Below, piece by piece: positions 20,219 to 30,027 of a stretch of 64,000 bases of DNA. Origin of the DNA: Patescibacteria group bacterium (lineage in GTDB: Bacteria > Patescibacteriota > Microgenomatia > 0-14-0-10-38-17); assembly GCA_050947035.1 (NCBI GenBank), contig JBMNVW010000004.1:22433-86432 (forward strand), given 5' to 3'. A program made the position numbers and the translations under genes. Position 1 is the stretch's first letter; each line of letters opens with the position of its first letter. The notes under the pieces were generated by a model. It was not told where the DNA came from. It ran no database searches and was given only the letters and a program-made list of their open reading frames with translations.

Positions 20219-20677
20219 ATGCGTAAAGAAGTTGGCATTGCCATTATTTTAGGTTTTGCTTTGGGCTTATTAATTGTTGGGGGAATTTGGTGGACAGGTC
20301 AAAAAAATCAAGAAACGGCTAGTTCTCCTGATCAAGAAAAAGTTGAAAGAACTGATCCGGCCGATTCTGAAGCTCCATTAGAGGAATCGTCTGCTTCGGA
20401 AGAGTCTAGTGTTTTTGTTGATGTTAGTGCTCCAGAAGAGGGGGCTATTGTTGATCAAGATGAGGTTTTAGTTACCGGCCAAACCTTGCCTGAGGCGGTG
20501 GTGGTAATAATCTATCCAGAAGGAGAAACAATTGTTTTGGCCGATGAAGATGGTAATTTCAAAGGGACGGCTCTTCTTGTGGGGGGGGCCAACGAAATAA
20601 AAGTTACCGCCTATGATTATCAGGGCGATAAAAAAGAAGTCCTCTTGACGGTTGTCTATTCAACCGCTAAATTATAA
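20219..20677 (+). CDS. hypothetical secreted protein with acidic linker and Ig-like beta domain
   Basis: track ORF starts at TTG 20177; ATG at 20219 (MRKEVGIAIILGF) gives signal-anchor then acidic region. Confidence 0.4.
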   Translation: MRKEVGIAIILGFALGLLIVGGIWWTGQKNQETASSPDQEKVERTDPADSEAPLEESSASEESSVFVDVSAPEEGAIVDQDEVLVTGQTLPEAVVVIIYPEGETIVLADEDGNFKGTALLVGGANEIKVTAYDYQGDKKEVLLTVVYSTAKL

Positions 20678-20679
20678 GG

Positions 20680-21384
20680 GTGATTAAAGTGCTTAAATTT
20701 AAACAAGCTAAACAAGTAGCGGCCTTGCTTTTATTTTTGGGTTTTTTTCTAGTGACCCCCATTGGTGCTGTTGAGGACGATAAGGAAAAGGCCGATTTGC
20801 TAAGGCAGGAAGTAGAGGCAATTTTAGCCGAGACCGATGATCAAGAAAGTAATCGCCTGCTTATTAAAAGAGCTTTTTGTGGTAACTTAATTTCTCATAA
20901 TAAAGAGGAGCAAGAGCTATCGATTGAGGTTCGTGATCAGGAAAAGAAAGCGGTTTATGACGACGAAACAGCAATGATAGGTATTGCCAGAGAGGCGATT
21001 AGCCCTCAAGACCTAGAAACCGGCAATTATTTGATTGCTATGGGATATGTTAGCCGTTTAGAGCCAGATCAACTAGAGGTAAAACGGTTAGTGGTTCAAG
21101 AAACTCCGGGACCAATTGTTAGAGAATCATTTTTTGGTTTGGTTGGCGATATTTCTTCTGAGGAAGAAGTTTTTGTTTTAACAAAAAAGGGGTTGGTTTT
21201 TGAAGTTTTAGCCGAAGAGGCAACGGTTAGCTATCAAGATGAAAATGGCCAGATTGTTGCTGCCGATATTGATCGTCTTGAAGAGCAAGATCGAGTTGTT
21301 GTTGTTGGTCAAAAACAGGTTGATAATGGTCAAATTAAAGCCAGTAAAGTTCACATAGTTGTTTCTGGTGATCTTCAAGAATAA
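20680..21384 (+). CDS. hypothetical membrane-anchored protein
   Basis: GTG start, N-terminal hydrophobic segment, acidic; immediately follows previous ORF (probable two-gene unit). Confidence 0.4.
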   Translation: MIKVLKFKQAKQVAALLLFLGFFLVTPIGAVEDDKEKADLLRQEVEAILAETDDQESNRLLIKRAFCGNLISHNKEEQELSIEVRDQEKKAVYDDETAMIGIAREAISPQDLETGNYLIAMGYVSRLEPDQLEVKRLVVQETPGPIVRESFFGLVGDISSEEEVFVLTKKGLVFEVLAEEATVSYQDENGQIVAADIDRLEEQDRVVVVGQKQVDNGQIKASKVHIVVSGDLQE

Positions 21385-21490
21385 GCATAGTCCTTCCCCG
21401 CCCATAATGTCCATAAATTTTTAAAAAAGCCGGATAATTGACTCTTCTCCCCTGTTAAAATGCGGTCTAATTTAGTAAAATCAAGTTATT

Positions 21491-22765
21491 ATGGTTTCCA
21501 AAGTTGTTAAACCAGTTAAAGGGACACGTGATTTTTATCCTTCCGATCAGGCTTGGCAAAATTGGCTTTATTTTAAGTCTAAGGCCATTAGCGAATCTTT
21601 TGGTTATCAAGAGTATGAGGGGCCGATTTTAGAGCCCTACTCGCTATATTTGGCTAAATCAGCCGAAGAGATTATCAAGAAGCAAGCCTTTATTATTCCC
21701 ACTAAGGATAAGCTAGACGAAACCAGTTTGGTTTTAAGGCCAGAGCTGACGCCAACCCTAGCCCGAATGGTAGCCACTAAAGAATATAATCTTGTTTTTC
21801 CTCTTCGTTGGTGGTCGTGGGGGCGTTTTTTCCGTTATGAGTCTCCTCAAAAAGGTCGGGGTCGAGAATTTTATCAGTGGAATCTTGATCTTTTGGGCCA
21901 AGATTGTCCTAACGCTGATGCAGAAATAATTGCTATTGGAATTAGATTTTTGGCTTCTTTAGGCTTTACCCCCGATGAAGTGGTAATTAAAGTTAATGAT
22001 CGAAAGTATTTAGATAGTAAGTTTAGCCTGATTAATATTCCTCAAGATAAAAAATTATCAGTTTTTCGAGTTATTGATAAAAAAGATAAGCTCTCTGAGT
22101 CCGATTTTTGTCTGATGTTGAAAAAAGAGGGCCTATCTAATCTTCAAATTGAGGATTTAGAATTAGCTATTAAAGATGACGATTATAGTCAAGAATCTCC
22201 CTGGTTAACAGAACTGTTTTCTTCTTTGGCTGATCTTGGTGTAGCCGACTGGGTCGATTTTGATCCGGCCATCGTTCGTGGTTTTGATTATTATACTGAC
22301 ACAGTTTTTGAAGCTCAGGCAAGAAATAATCAGGGACGATCCTTGTTTGGCGGCGGTCGTTACCAAAACTTGATTTCTGATGTTGGTGGCAAGAGAAAAA
22401 TTGGCGGGGTTGGTTTGGCTCTTGGCGACATGATGGTTTATGAATTGTTGTCGGATCTTGGCCGCTTACCTTCTTTATCGAACTTATCGGCTAAAGTTTT
22501 AATGACAGTTTTTAATGAGGAGATGTTTCGCTCCTCTTTGTTAGTGGCCGATCGAGTAAGAAGGGCAGGAATCAACTTAGAGGTTTATTTGGATTACAAT
22601 GATTCATTAACTAAACAGCTAGATTATGCTAATAAAAAAGGCTTTGATACTGTTCTTATTCTTGGTCCAGAAGAAAAGGCCTCGGGTCAAATAGTGATCA
22701 AAGATTTGTCCTCCGGTCAGCAAAAAAAAATTAAAGAGAAAAATTTGATTGAAGCCCTTCATTAA
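21491..22765 (+). CDS. hisS: histidine--tRNA ligase
   Basis: class II motifs and HisRS-specific VKGTRDFYP N-terminal signature, C-terminal anticodon-binding domain. Confidence 0.9.
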   Translation: MVSKVVKPVKGTRDFYPSDQAWQNWLYFKSKAISESFGYQEYEGPILEPYSLYLAKSAEEIIKKQAFIIPTKDKLDETSLVLRPELTPTLARMVATKEYNLVFPLRWWSWGRFFRYESPQKGRGREFYQWNLDLLGQDCPNADAEIIAIGIRFLASLGFTPDEVVIKVNDRKYLDSKFSLINIPQDKKLSVFRVIDKKDKLSESDFCLMLKKEGLSNLQIEDLELAIKDDDYSQESPWLTELFSSLADLGVADWVDFDPAIVRGFDYYTDTVFEAQARNNQGRSLFGGGRYQNLISDVGGKRKIGGVGLALGDMMVYELLSDLGRLPSLSNLSAKVLMTVFNEEMFRSSLLVADRVRRAGINLEVYLDYNDSLTKQLDYANKKGFDTVLILGPEEKASGQIVIKDLSSGQQKKIKEKNLIEALH

Positions 22766-22814
22766 AAATAATTCTTAATTTATTTTTTAGTTTGTGTTAA
22801 AATAAGGCTCGCTT

Positions 22815-23114
22815 ATGACTAAAACCAAAAAAGATCAATACTATCCCCAGGCCAAAGTGATTTGTGCTTGCGGCAACGAATTCACAGTTGGTTCAACTAA
22901 GTCGGAAATAAAAGTTGATATTTGTTCTGCTTGTCATCCCTTTTTTACTGGCCAAATGAAATATGTTGATACCGGTGGTCGGGTGAAACGTTTTGAAGAT
23001 CGTCTAAATCAAGCCAAGAAACAACCGAAAAAAAATAAAAAATCTCGCCGAAAAGGACAATCTTCTACCACCTCAGTTAAAACTCTCAAAGAAATGCTTA
23101 AGCAAGCCAAATGA
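22815..23114 (+). CDS. rpmE: 50S ribosomal protein L31 (with basic C-terminal extension)
   Basis: [15 protein letters not shown]...[10 protein letters not shown] zinc-ribbon typical of L31; TGA stop. Confidence 0.85.
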   Translation: MTKTKKDQYYPQAKVICACGNEFTVGSTKSEIKVDICSACHPFFTGQMKYVDTGGRVKRFEDRLNQAKKQPKKNKKSRRKGQSSTTSVKTLKEMLKQAK

Positions 23115-23307
23115 CAGTTGATAGCCGAAATCTCAAGTCTCAAAGTTCAAAGCTTTTAACCTAAAGCCTTTAAACTGAAAAGCAAAAGGGAATATTTAAA
23201 ATTATTCTAATTGACCTAATTATTTTAATTATTCTAATGAAATCCCAAAACACCAAAAACCCAATTGGGATTTGGAACTTGGAGTTTATTTGTAATTTGG
23301 GATTTGT

Positions 23308-24051
23308 TTGGAAATTGGATTAATTGGAAATTGGAAATTTAATAAGGTGTCTATTATTATTGAAATTCGTCCCGGTACTGGTGGTGATGAGGCCAAAATT
23401 TGGCAGCAAGATCTGTTGCGTATGTATCAACGTTTTGCTGTTCAAAGAGGCTGGCCAACTAAAATTTTACCCGATGGCAGACTAGAGATTAAGGGGGAAA
23501 ACGTTTTTGCTTTTTTAAAGCAAGAATCTGGTGTTCACCGGGTTCAGCGTGTTCCTCAAACAGAAAAACGAGGCCGAATTCACACCTCAACAGCTTCAGT
23601 TGTAGTTTTACCTAAAAAAGCCCAAAAAGAAATTGATATTGATTCGGCCGATTTAGAAGTCGAGTTTTTTCGAGCCGGTGGTCATGGTGGTCAAAATGTT
23701 AACAAAGTAGCGACGGCCGTACGCCTAAGGCATAAGCCAACTGGGGTCGTGGTTACTTCTCAATCAGAACGACGTCAATACCAAAATCGTCTTATCGCTC
23801 AAAACAAGCTTAAGGAAGAACTAAAGCGCCGTCGACAAACCTCAAAGAAAAATAATCAAAACCAAATTAGGCGGCAGTCAATTGGGGAAGCCCAAAGAGC
23901 CGAAAAAATTCGTACTTATAATTTTCCTCAAAATCGAGTTACTGACCACCGGTTAGGAAAATCTTGGCAAAATTTAGAACAAATTATTGACGGCGACTTA
24001 AAGAGAATTATTAAGGCTTTTCAAAAGAAGACTAAGTCTAAAAAGAATTAA
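23308..24051 (+). CDS. prfA: peptide chain release factor 1 homolog lacking N-terminal domain 1
   Basis: PCRF and GGQ domains ([24 protein letters not shown]), RF1-type PxT tripeptide (PQT); in-frame stop at 23293 excludes a domain-1 region; likely true start GTG 23347. Confidence 0.8.
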   Translation: MEIGLIGNWKFNKVSIIIEIRPGTGGDEAKIWQQDLLRMYQRFAVQRGWPTKILPDGRLEIKGENVFAFLKQESGVHRVQRVPQTEKRGRIHTSTASVVVLPKKAQKEIDIDSADLEVEFFRAGGHGGQNVNKVATAVRLRHKPTGVVVTSQSERRQYQNRLIAQNKLKEELKRRRQTSKKNNQNQIRRQSIGEAQRAEKIRTYNFPQNRVTDHRLGKSWQNLEQIIDGDLKRIIKAFQKKTKSKKN

Positions 24052-24060
24052 ATAGGGGAC

Positions 24061-25212
24061 CTATTGGCTTTTAAGGTGGATTTTGATCTCTTGGTTTTGG
24101 CCATCTCGCCAGATCTTGATAGTGATAGTATCGCCGACCTTTTTTTGATTGATAATTTCAGCTACACTTTGACCGGACTCTTCAATTTTTTTATTCTCAA
24201 TTTCGGTAATAATGTCTCCAGGTTTAAGGCCAGCTTCGGCCGCTGAGGAGTTGGTAACGACTTCGATAATGTAGGCCCCCTCGGGAATTTCATTTAGAAT
24301 AGCCGCCTTTTGGGTAATAAGAGAATAGCGAATCCCTAAAAATGGTCGAACAAATTCGCCGGTTTGATAAAAGTTGTCAAGCATGCTTTTGGCGATATTG
24401 ATGGGAATAGCAAAGCCAATATTTTGCGCCCCTTGAGCCACAGCAACATTAATTCCAATTACCTGGCCGGCTGAATTGATTAAGGGGCCGCCAGAATTGC
24501 CAGGATTAATGGCCGCATCAGTTTGAATAACATTATCCAGCTCTTCAACATAACCAGCAAAGGGAGACCCGGCCACCACGCCTCGACCTAGGCCAGAGAT
24601 CACTCCAGTAGTAACGGTATGACGAAATTCTCCCAAGGCCGTCCCAATTGCTAGAGCGAATTGGCCGACTTTTAAGTTATCGGAATTGCCCAGTTCTGTT
24701 GTCGGTAAGTTTTGACCATTAATTTTCAAAATAGCTAAATCGTTAGAGGGATCACGATAGATGTTTTGCACCTCAAAAGTTTGGTTATCGGTAGTGATAA
24801 TTCGATATTGGGCCTCAAGGTCGGAGACAACGTGTTTGTTGGTAATGATTAACCCATTAGAATCAACGATAAAGCCAGTGCCGATATCTTGCTCGATTTG
24901 TTGTTCTTGGTTTTCAAAAAAAGAAAAGGGGTCAAAGGGGTTAAAGGTGGAAAAACGCTCAAGTTTGCTAATGCCGATGGTGACTACTGCTCCGGAATTC
25001 TTTTCGACAATATCAATTACCATCGATTCTTCTTGGATGATTTTGTTGGTAACAGTTGAAGACGGGGTCGCCTGTCTGGGCCACCAAGTGTCGAGAAAAG
25101 AATAACCCACCAGACGATCAAAAACTGCCCCTGACAAAACAGCGGCCAATAACAGAAAAAATATAACAAAATAAGAAAGAAACGGTTTTTTATCTGATCT
25201 CTTGGTTAACAT
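24061..25212 (-). CDS. HtrA/DegP-family serine protease with PDZ domain
   Basis: catalytic triad context (His in TNKHV, Asp, GNSGGPL serine motif) and C-terminal PDZ; N-terminal TM anchor. Confidence 0.85.
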   Translation of the reverse strand: MLTKRSDKKPFLSYFVIFFLLLAAVLSGAVFDRLVGYSFLDTWWPRQATPSSTVTNKIIQEESMVIDIVEKNSGAVVTIGISKLERFSTFNPFDPFSFFENQEQQIEQDIGTGFIVDSNGLIITNKHVVSDLEAQYRIITTDNQTFEVQNIYRDPSNDLAILKINGQNLPTTELGNSDNLKVGQFALAIGTALGEFRHTVTTGVISGLGRGVVAGSPFAGYVEELDNVIQTDAAINPGNSGGPLINSAGQVIGINVAVAQGAQNIGFAIPINIAKSMLDNFYQTGEFVRPFLGIRYSLITQKAAILNEIPEGAYIIEVVTNSSAAEAGLKPGDIITEIENKKIEESGQSVAEIINQKKVGDTITIKIWRDGQNQEIKIHLKSQ

Positions 25213-25234
25213 TTTTGGTCTTTTTTAATATACT

Positions 25235-26458
25235 TTAGAGAGCCAATAATTGATCAAGGGCGGTCTCTAACATTTCATCTTCTTCGTTTTCAAAATTATC
25301 CTCAATTTTAATATCAGGTTCAATTCCCTTTTGGTGGATTTCTTCACCAGAAGGTAACAACCAGCGGGCGATGGTAATGTGAATAGAAGAATTGTCAGTC
25401 AACTCTTTTGATTGTTGAATTGTTCCTTTTCCAAAGGTAGTTTGGCCGATGATAATTACTCCTCTTTGTTCTCTTAAAGCTCCAGCAACAATTTCTGCCG
25501 CTGAGGCACTACCCTGATTAACAATAATTACCAGAGGATCGGTGGTTAATTTTCCTTTTCGATTGACGGAGAAAGTTTGTCGATCGCCGAGACTGCTTTC
25601 TTGATGAACAATTGCCCCCTGCTCAAGAAATTCTGAGGCGACATAAATAGCCCCATCTAAATAACCTCCGGGATTGTTTCTCAAGTCTAAAATAAGACCA
25701 GAAAAGCTGTTACCATTTTGACTTTTTATTAATTCGATTTCTTTAACGACCTCATCCCATTGCTCAATCGTATTGTCGCCAAAACGAGCCAGACCAATAT
25801 GGATTATCCGTTTACCATCTCGATTAATTTCTTCTAGAATGACCCGGGGAACAACAATTTCATCACGAACAAGATCGGTCTCAATTGGCTTGTTTTCTCC
25901 CTCTCTGATTAAGGTAAGGGTTACTTTAGAATCTTTTGGTCCACGAATGATTTCTACTGCTTCTGCCAAGGATAAGTCTAGCGAATCTCGATCGATATTT
26001 TTATTTTCGTCTTTGATATGGACAATTAAATCACCCGGTCTTATTCCCGACTTTTGGGCCGGAGTCCCCTCCAGCGGGGCAATAACGGCCAATTGGTTGT
26101 TTTTATAACCTAATTCAATGCCCACTCCACCAAAACTGCCAGCCATGTCTTCTTTAAATTTTTCATTGTCTTCGGGGGGGAGAAAAACGGTGTAAGGATC
26201 ACCCAAAGCCGCCACCATGCCCTTGACGGAACCATAGAGAAGATTTTTTTGATCATTTAATTGGTCTTTTTCTAAATAAAGTTGGTCGAGGAGATGATAA
26301 ACTTCTGAGAAGAGGTTGGACTGGATAAAACCCAATGGGGCTGATTGATTAAATTTAATTTGGGGGGAATAAATTTGGCTTATTCTCCAGCCAGCCCCAA
26401 AAGAAAGAAACACTAGAGCCAGCAAGAGGATAAAATTTCGTAATTTTTTAATAGTCAT
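25235..26458 (-). CDS. carboxy-terminal processing protease (S41 family)
   Basis: PDZ region then S41 catalytic region GSASAAEIVAGAL...FGKGTIQ. Confidence 0.85.
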   Translation of the reverse strand: MTIKKLRNFILLLALVFLSFGAGWRISQIYSPQIKFNQSAPLGFIQSNLFSEVYHLLDQLYLEKDQLNDQKNLLYGSVKGMVAALGDPYTVFLPPEDNEKFKEDMAGSFGGVGIELGYKNNQLAVIAPLEGTPAQKSGIRPGDLIVHIKDENKNIDRDSLDLSLAEAVEIIRGPKDSKVTLTLIREGENKPIETDLVRDEIVVPRVILEEINRDGKRIIHIGLARFGDNTIEQWDEVVKEIELIKSQNGNSFSGLILDLRNNPGGYLDGAIYVASEFLEQGAIVHQESSLGDRQTFSVNRKGKLTTDPLVIIVNQGSASAAEIVAGALREQRGVIIIGQTTFGKGTIQQSKELTDNSSIHITIARWLLPSGEEIHQKGIEPDIKIEDNFENEEDEMLETALDQLLAL

Positions 26459-27189
26459 TCTTCTAAAATAGCTAATTTTTTTTGTTGGATATCAATAATT
26501 ACCCAACGATCGATAAAATTTTTTAATTCTTTTATTTGTTTTAATTCCAACCAAACGATGGTCAGATCGTCCAAGCCATCCTTACTTAGTTTAATTTTAT
26601 CAGGACCAATGATAGCTAAAGAACCAATAGCCTGGGCTTTATTAATTAGGGCCGGGAACAGTTGATTAGTTAAAACAACTTTTTTTTGGTATTGGCCGCT
26701 AAGGGCAGTTAGAGCTCCACCATGAAAGGCTAATTGTCCAAAAACATTATCACCCCAAGACTTTTTAAAACCAAGAACCTTTTCGGCTTTAATTTTGATA
26801 GTGACTCCTTCTTGGGTAATTTCTTCCACCTTTCCAGGAAATGGCGAGAGAAGATCACGACTTTCTTTGGTGACTTCGATAGTTAAAAGGCCGGTGTTAT
26901 TGTCAAAGGCGAAAATTTGTCCGGCCACCGGGGAAGGAACAGAGACTTTTTTGAAGAGATTTTTGGTTTCGGCAATAATCTTGTCTTTGGAGATTTTTTC
27001 ACCCAAATTAACCAAGAGACAAGAAGAGGTTTTTTTAGCGGAGATTTCTAATTTTTTAGCGAGGTTAATTTTGTGTTTTTCAAAACGATTAAAGGTGGCC
27101 ACCTTTTGGCCTTTATCAACCTTATCCCCTTTTTTGACTAGGGTTTTAGTTTTTTTGGGCAAGGGAAGAAAAAAAGAAAAATTAGCCAT
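26455..27189 (-). CDS. hypothetical protein with biotin/lipoyl-like hybrid-motif N-domain
   Basis: KKGDKVDKGQKVATF and SPVAGQIFAFD beta-hairpin motifs; overlaps ctp start (operon). Confidence 0.35.
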   Translation of the reverse strand: MANFSFFLPLPKKTKTLVKKGDKVDKGQKVATFNRFEKHKINLAKKLEISAKKTSSCLLVNLGEKISKDKIIAETKNLFKKVSVPSPVAGQIFAFDNNTGLLTIEVTKESRDLLSPFPGKVEEITQEGVTIKIKAEKVLGFKKSWGDNVFGQLAFHGGALTALSGQYQKKVVLTNQLFPALINKAQAIGSLAIIGPDKIKLSKDGLDDLTIVWLELKQIKELKNFIDRWVIIDIQQKKLAILEE

Positions 27190-27206
27190 TTTGGCTCTTT
27201 ATTGGA

Positions 27207-27449
27207 TTAATGGATTTTACTAACAAAAGGAATTAGGGCCAAGTGTCGTGCCTGTTTGATGGCTTTAGTTAATTTTCTTTGATGTTTGGCACAAACACCG
27301 GTATATTCGCGAGAGGCGATTTTTTTTCTTTCGGTAATAAAATTATTAAGAATTTCGACCTCCTTATAGTTGGGAACAGTGCCGTTTTGACAAAAAAAGC
27401 ATTTTTTTTTCGTTACTGATTTTTTTCTGTGAAAATTTCTTCTAGCCAT
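27207..27449 (-). CDS. rpsR: 30S ribosomal protein S18
   Basis: CFFCQNGTVPNYKEVEILNNFITERKKI matches S18 core. Confidence 0.9.
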   Translation of the reverse strand: MARRNFHRKKSVTKKKCFFCQNGTVPNYKEVEILNNFITERKKIASREYTGVCAKHQRKLTKAIKQARHLALIPFVSKIH

Positions 27450-27460
27450 AATTTTAATTT

Positions 27461-27946
27461 TTAAAAAGGAATGTCGCTGGTATCAACTTTTTCTTTATTT
27501 GTTTTTTTGGTTTTTTTTGGTTGAGATTTTTCTTCTTTTTTAGTTTCTTTAGAAGAAGAGCCTTCGTTTTGATCGTTTTTATCTTTTCCCTCTGGTGATC
27601 GACGGGAATCCAAAATCATCATTTCTGAAATAACCACTTCAGTAGTTTGTCTGGTGTTGCCTTCTTGGTCTTCCCACCGCCTGGTTTGCAATCTTCCCTC
27701 AACGTAAACTTTTCTTCCCTTAAATAAAAGTTGAGAACAGATTTCGGCTAATTTGTCCCAAGAGACAATTCGATGAAAAGAAACGTCTTCTTTTTTTTCT
27801 CCTTGGTCAGTAGTCCAGCTGCGGTTGGTAGCTAAGCCAAAGGAGCAAACTGCCGTACCCTTGCTAGTATAGCGCAACTCTGGATCTCGAGTTAAGTTGC
27901 CGATTAACATTACCTTGTTGAGAGAACGAGTACTCAAATTATTCAC
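27461..27946 (-). CDS. ssb: single-stranded DNA-binding protein
   Basis: OB-fold NKVMLIGNLTRDPELRYT and acidic C-terminal DIPF tail; rpsF-ssb-rpsR synteny. Confidence 0.9.
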   Translation of the reverse strand: MNNLSTRSLNKVMLIGNLTRDPELRYTSKGTAVCSFGLATNRSWTTDQGEKKEDVSFHRIVSWDKLAEICSQLLFKGRKVYVEGRLQTRRWEDQEGNTRQTTEVVISEMMILDSRRSPEGKDKNDQNEGSSSKETKKEEKSQPKKTKKTNKEKVDTSDIPF

Positions 27947-27951
27947 ACCCC

Positions 27952-28242
27952 CTATTCAATGACTATTAACAAATGTCTAATAATATTGTCGTTTAATTTT
28001 AAAATATTGTCAAGACGGCTAATTTTACTGGGGTCGGCCTCAAAGGCGAACCAATAATAGTAGGCGGTTGTTTCTTTTTGGATTGGGTAGGCCAAGTTTT
28101 TTTTACCCCAACTCTCCTCTTTCTTGATTTTACCGATATCCCCAAGAGCTTTTTTAATTTTTTCTAAATCTGCTTCTCCCTTTTTAGTTTTAGGGTTGAG
28201 ACAAGTAATAATTGTCAGCTCGTATTTTTTGTTTTTTGTCAT
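27952..28242 (-). CDS. rpsF: 30S ribosomal protein S6
   Basis: 96 aa, KYELTIITCLNPK...AYPI S6-like; first gene of rpsF-ssb-rpsR. Confidence 0.8.
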   Translation of the reverse strand: MTKNKKYELTIITCLNPKTKKGEADLEKIKKALGDIGKIKKEESWGKKNLAYPIQKETTAYYYWFAFEADPSKISRLDNILKLNDNIIRHLLIVIE

Positions 28243-28298
28243 AGTGATGATGATATCACGAGGCTAATTGTTTCACAAGGTTTTTTTGATTTTGAGTG

Positions 28299-28328
28299 TT
28301 GACTTTATGGCCTTTTTGTTTTTAATAT
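28299..28328 (+). promoter_or_regulatory. sigma70-like promoter candidate TTGACT-N18-TAATAT upstream of the GNAT gene
   Basis: hexamers read directly; 25 nt upstream of ATG 28353 in a divergent intergenic region. Confidence 0.3.
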
Positions 28329-28352
28329 ACTGCTAATTCTTTTTAGCGGTTT

Positions 28353-28853
28353 ATGAACCGGGTTCAAATTGATCGGGCTAACTTGGCCGACATTTCTACT
28401 ATTAGCGAGATTAAGAAAAAGGTTTGGTTAACAACCTATCCTAATTTGATTGCCGGTATTGACAAAAAGGATGTTTTGGCCAAGGATTTTAATCAGGAAG
28501 AACGACAACGCCCCCGAAACATAAAAAGCAAGAATTGGCGTTATTGGTTGGCCAAAAAAGATGGTCGGGTTGTTGGTTATCTTTGTGCGATTAAGAAAAA
28601 GAATAATCGGGGAGCAATAAAGTTAATTCATGTTTTGCCCGAATGCCAAGGAGAGGGTCTTGGTTCGGCCCTATTTCGTCAAGCTCTAAATTGGTTATCT
28701 GGTCGGAAGGTTTTTTTGCAAGTTGCCAAAGACAACTTTGCCGCCATTGAGTTTTATAAAAAATTTAACTTTTCTCTAGTTGGCCAAGGGGAGTCAATTA
28801 AAATTGGCAACAAAAAAATAGAGACTTTAAAAATGATGAAAGACAACACTTGA
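28353..28853 (+). CDS. GNAT-family N-acetyltransferase
   Basis: acetyl-CoA binding motif A region QGEGLGSALFRQAL. Confidence 0.7.
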   Translation: MNRVQIDRANLADISTISEIKKKVWLTTYPNLIAGIDKKDVLAKDFNQEERQRPRNIKSKNWRYWLAKKDGRVVGYLCAIKKKNNRGAIKLIHVLPECQGEGLGSALFRQALNWLSGRKVFLQVAKDNFAAIEFYKKFNFSLVGQGESIKIGNKKIETLKMMKDNT

Positions 28854-28963
28854 CAGTACTATAAGTCAATGTTATAATTCAAGATAGATCCTGGGGTAGC
28901 TTTATTTATTAAAGCAGACTCTGGGATTTTTTTATGGGTTAGATTTATTTGTTATAGGGTTAT

Positions 28964-29575
28964 TTGATTAATGATTATTTGTTTTTTGATCCGAAATTTT
29001 TTAGAATGTTTACTTTTGAGGAAAAAATGTTTAAGAAAATTTTTTTTGCTAGCTTAGTTGGTTTTATATTTTTAGGGCTTTTGGCTAAATCCCAAAGAGC
29101 CATAGCCGCTGGTGCCAAAGAGGCTGGTGCTTCAGCTCAAGCGGTTTTTTTAGAAGTTGAGCCGGAAAAATCTTCAGATCCGCGGCTAGTTAAGCTAGAT
29201 ACTTTTTTGGTTGCCAAAACCTCTCCTCTTGCCGATTATACTAAAGACTTTATTTTTTTTGCTGATCAATTTGATATTGATTGGCGGCTTTTACCGGCTA
29301 TTACCGGTATTGAGTCAAGCTTTGGTAAAATTATTCCCGCTGGTTCTTATAATGCTTATGGTTGGGGTAATGGTAAGATTTATTTTTCTTCTTGGCCGGA
29401 GTCAATTGAGGTAGTTAGTCGGGCCTTGTCAGAAAAATATTATCAAAAAGGTTTAGATACACCGGAAAAAATTGGTCCGGTTTATGCTCCTCCTAGCCCC
29501 GATTGGGCCGGTAAAATCAGGGCGGTTATGAATCAAATTGACCAGGTCAAACTTCCTCCGGAGCCCAAATTCTAA
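28964..29575 (+). CDS. membrane-anchored secreted protein, paralog family A (second copy)
   Basis: C-terminal domain DWRLLPAITGIESSFGKIIPAGSYNAYGWG...YAPPS parallels ORF 15352..15969. Confidence 0.5.
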   Translation: MINDYLFFDPKFFRMFTFEEKMFKKIFFASLVGFIFLGLLAKSQRAIAAGAKEAGASAQAVFLEVEPEKSSDPRLVKLDTFLVAKTSPLADYTKDFIFFADQFDIDWRLLPAITGIESSFGKIIPAGSYNAYGWGNGKIYFSSWPESIEVVSRALSEKYYQKGLDTPEKIGPVYAPPSPDWAGKIRAVMNQIDQVKLPPEPKF

Positions 29576-29700
29576 TGTTTTTTTGTGTATAATTAAGTAG
29601 GATTAATTGATCCGGCTGATAGGTAAACACTGGAGAAAGCAAAAAAATTGTGGTGATTTTTAGTCTAAAGTCTAAATACCAACAACTAAAGACCAAGTTG

Positions 29701-29782
29701 GCCGAAGTGGCGGAACTGGCAGACGCGCACGGTTTAGGACCGTGTGGGGCAACCCGTGGGAGTTCAAATCTCCCCTTCGGCA
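29701..29782 (+). tRNA. tRNA-Leu (anticodon TAG)
   Basis: acceptor GCCGAAG/CTTCGGC, anticodon loop TTTAGGA, long variable arm, T-arm AGTTCAAATCT; no encoded CCA. Confidence 0.8.
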
Positions 29783-29867
29783 CGAGGATTTTTGAGAACA
29801 ATAATATATAATAATATTATTAATTTTTAGCCTAAAGACTAAAGACCAACGACTAAAGACTAAATTG

Positions 29868-29951
29868 GCCGCGGTGTTGGAACTGGCAGACAAGCAGCAC
29901 TTAAAATGCTGTGGGAGCAATCCCGTGAGGGTTCGATTCCCTCCCGCGGCA
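29868..29951 (+). tRNA. tRNA-Leu (anticodon TAA)
   Basis: acceptor GCCGCGG/CCGCGGC, anticodon loop CTTAAAA, long variable arm, T-arm GGTTCGATTCC. Confidence 0.8.
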
Positions 29952-30027
29952 CAAAAATTAACTATTGGCCGTTAGTCTTTAGTCTTTGGTTTTTTAAAAA
30001 TTTACAAATTAAACCCTTATTGCTAGA

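Noticed and set aside
23115-24051. Short release factor considered as frameshift-regulated RF2 or as evidence for UGA recoding
   Set aside because: The tripeptide motif is the RF1-type PQT, not SPF. No CUU-UGA-type shift site is present. TGA clearly terminates genes here, for example rpmE at 23112-23114.
29547-29920. Two minus-strand ORFs (84 and 82 aa) in the ORF track
   Set aside because: They lie antisense across the two tRNA-Leu genes and their repeat-rich spacers, so they are spurious.
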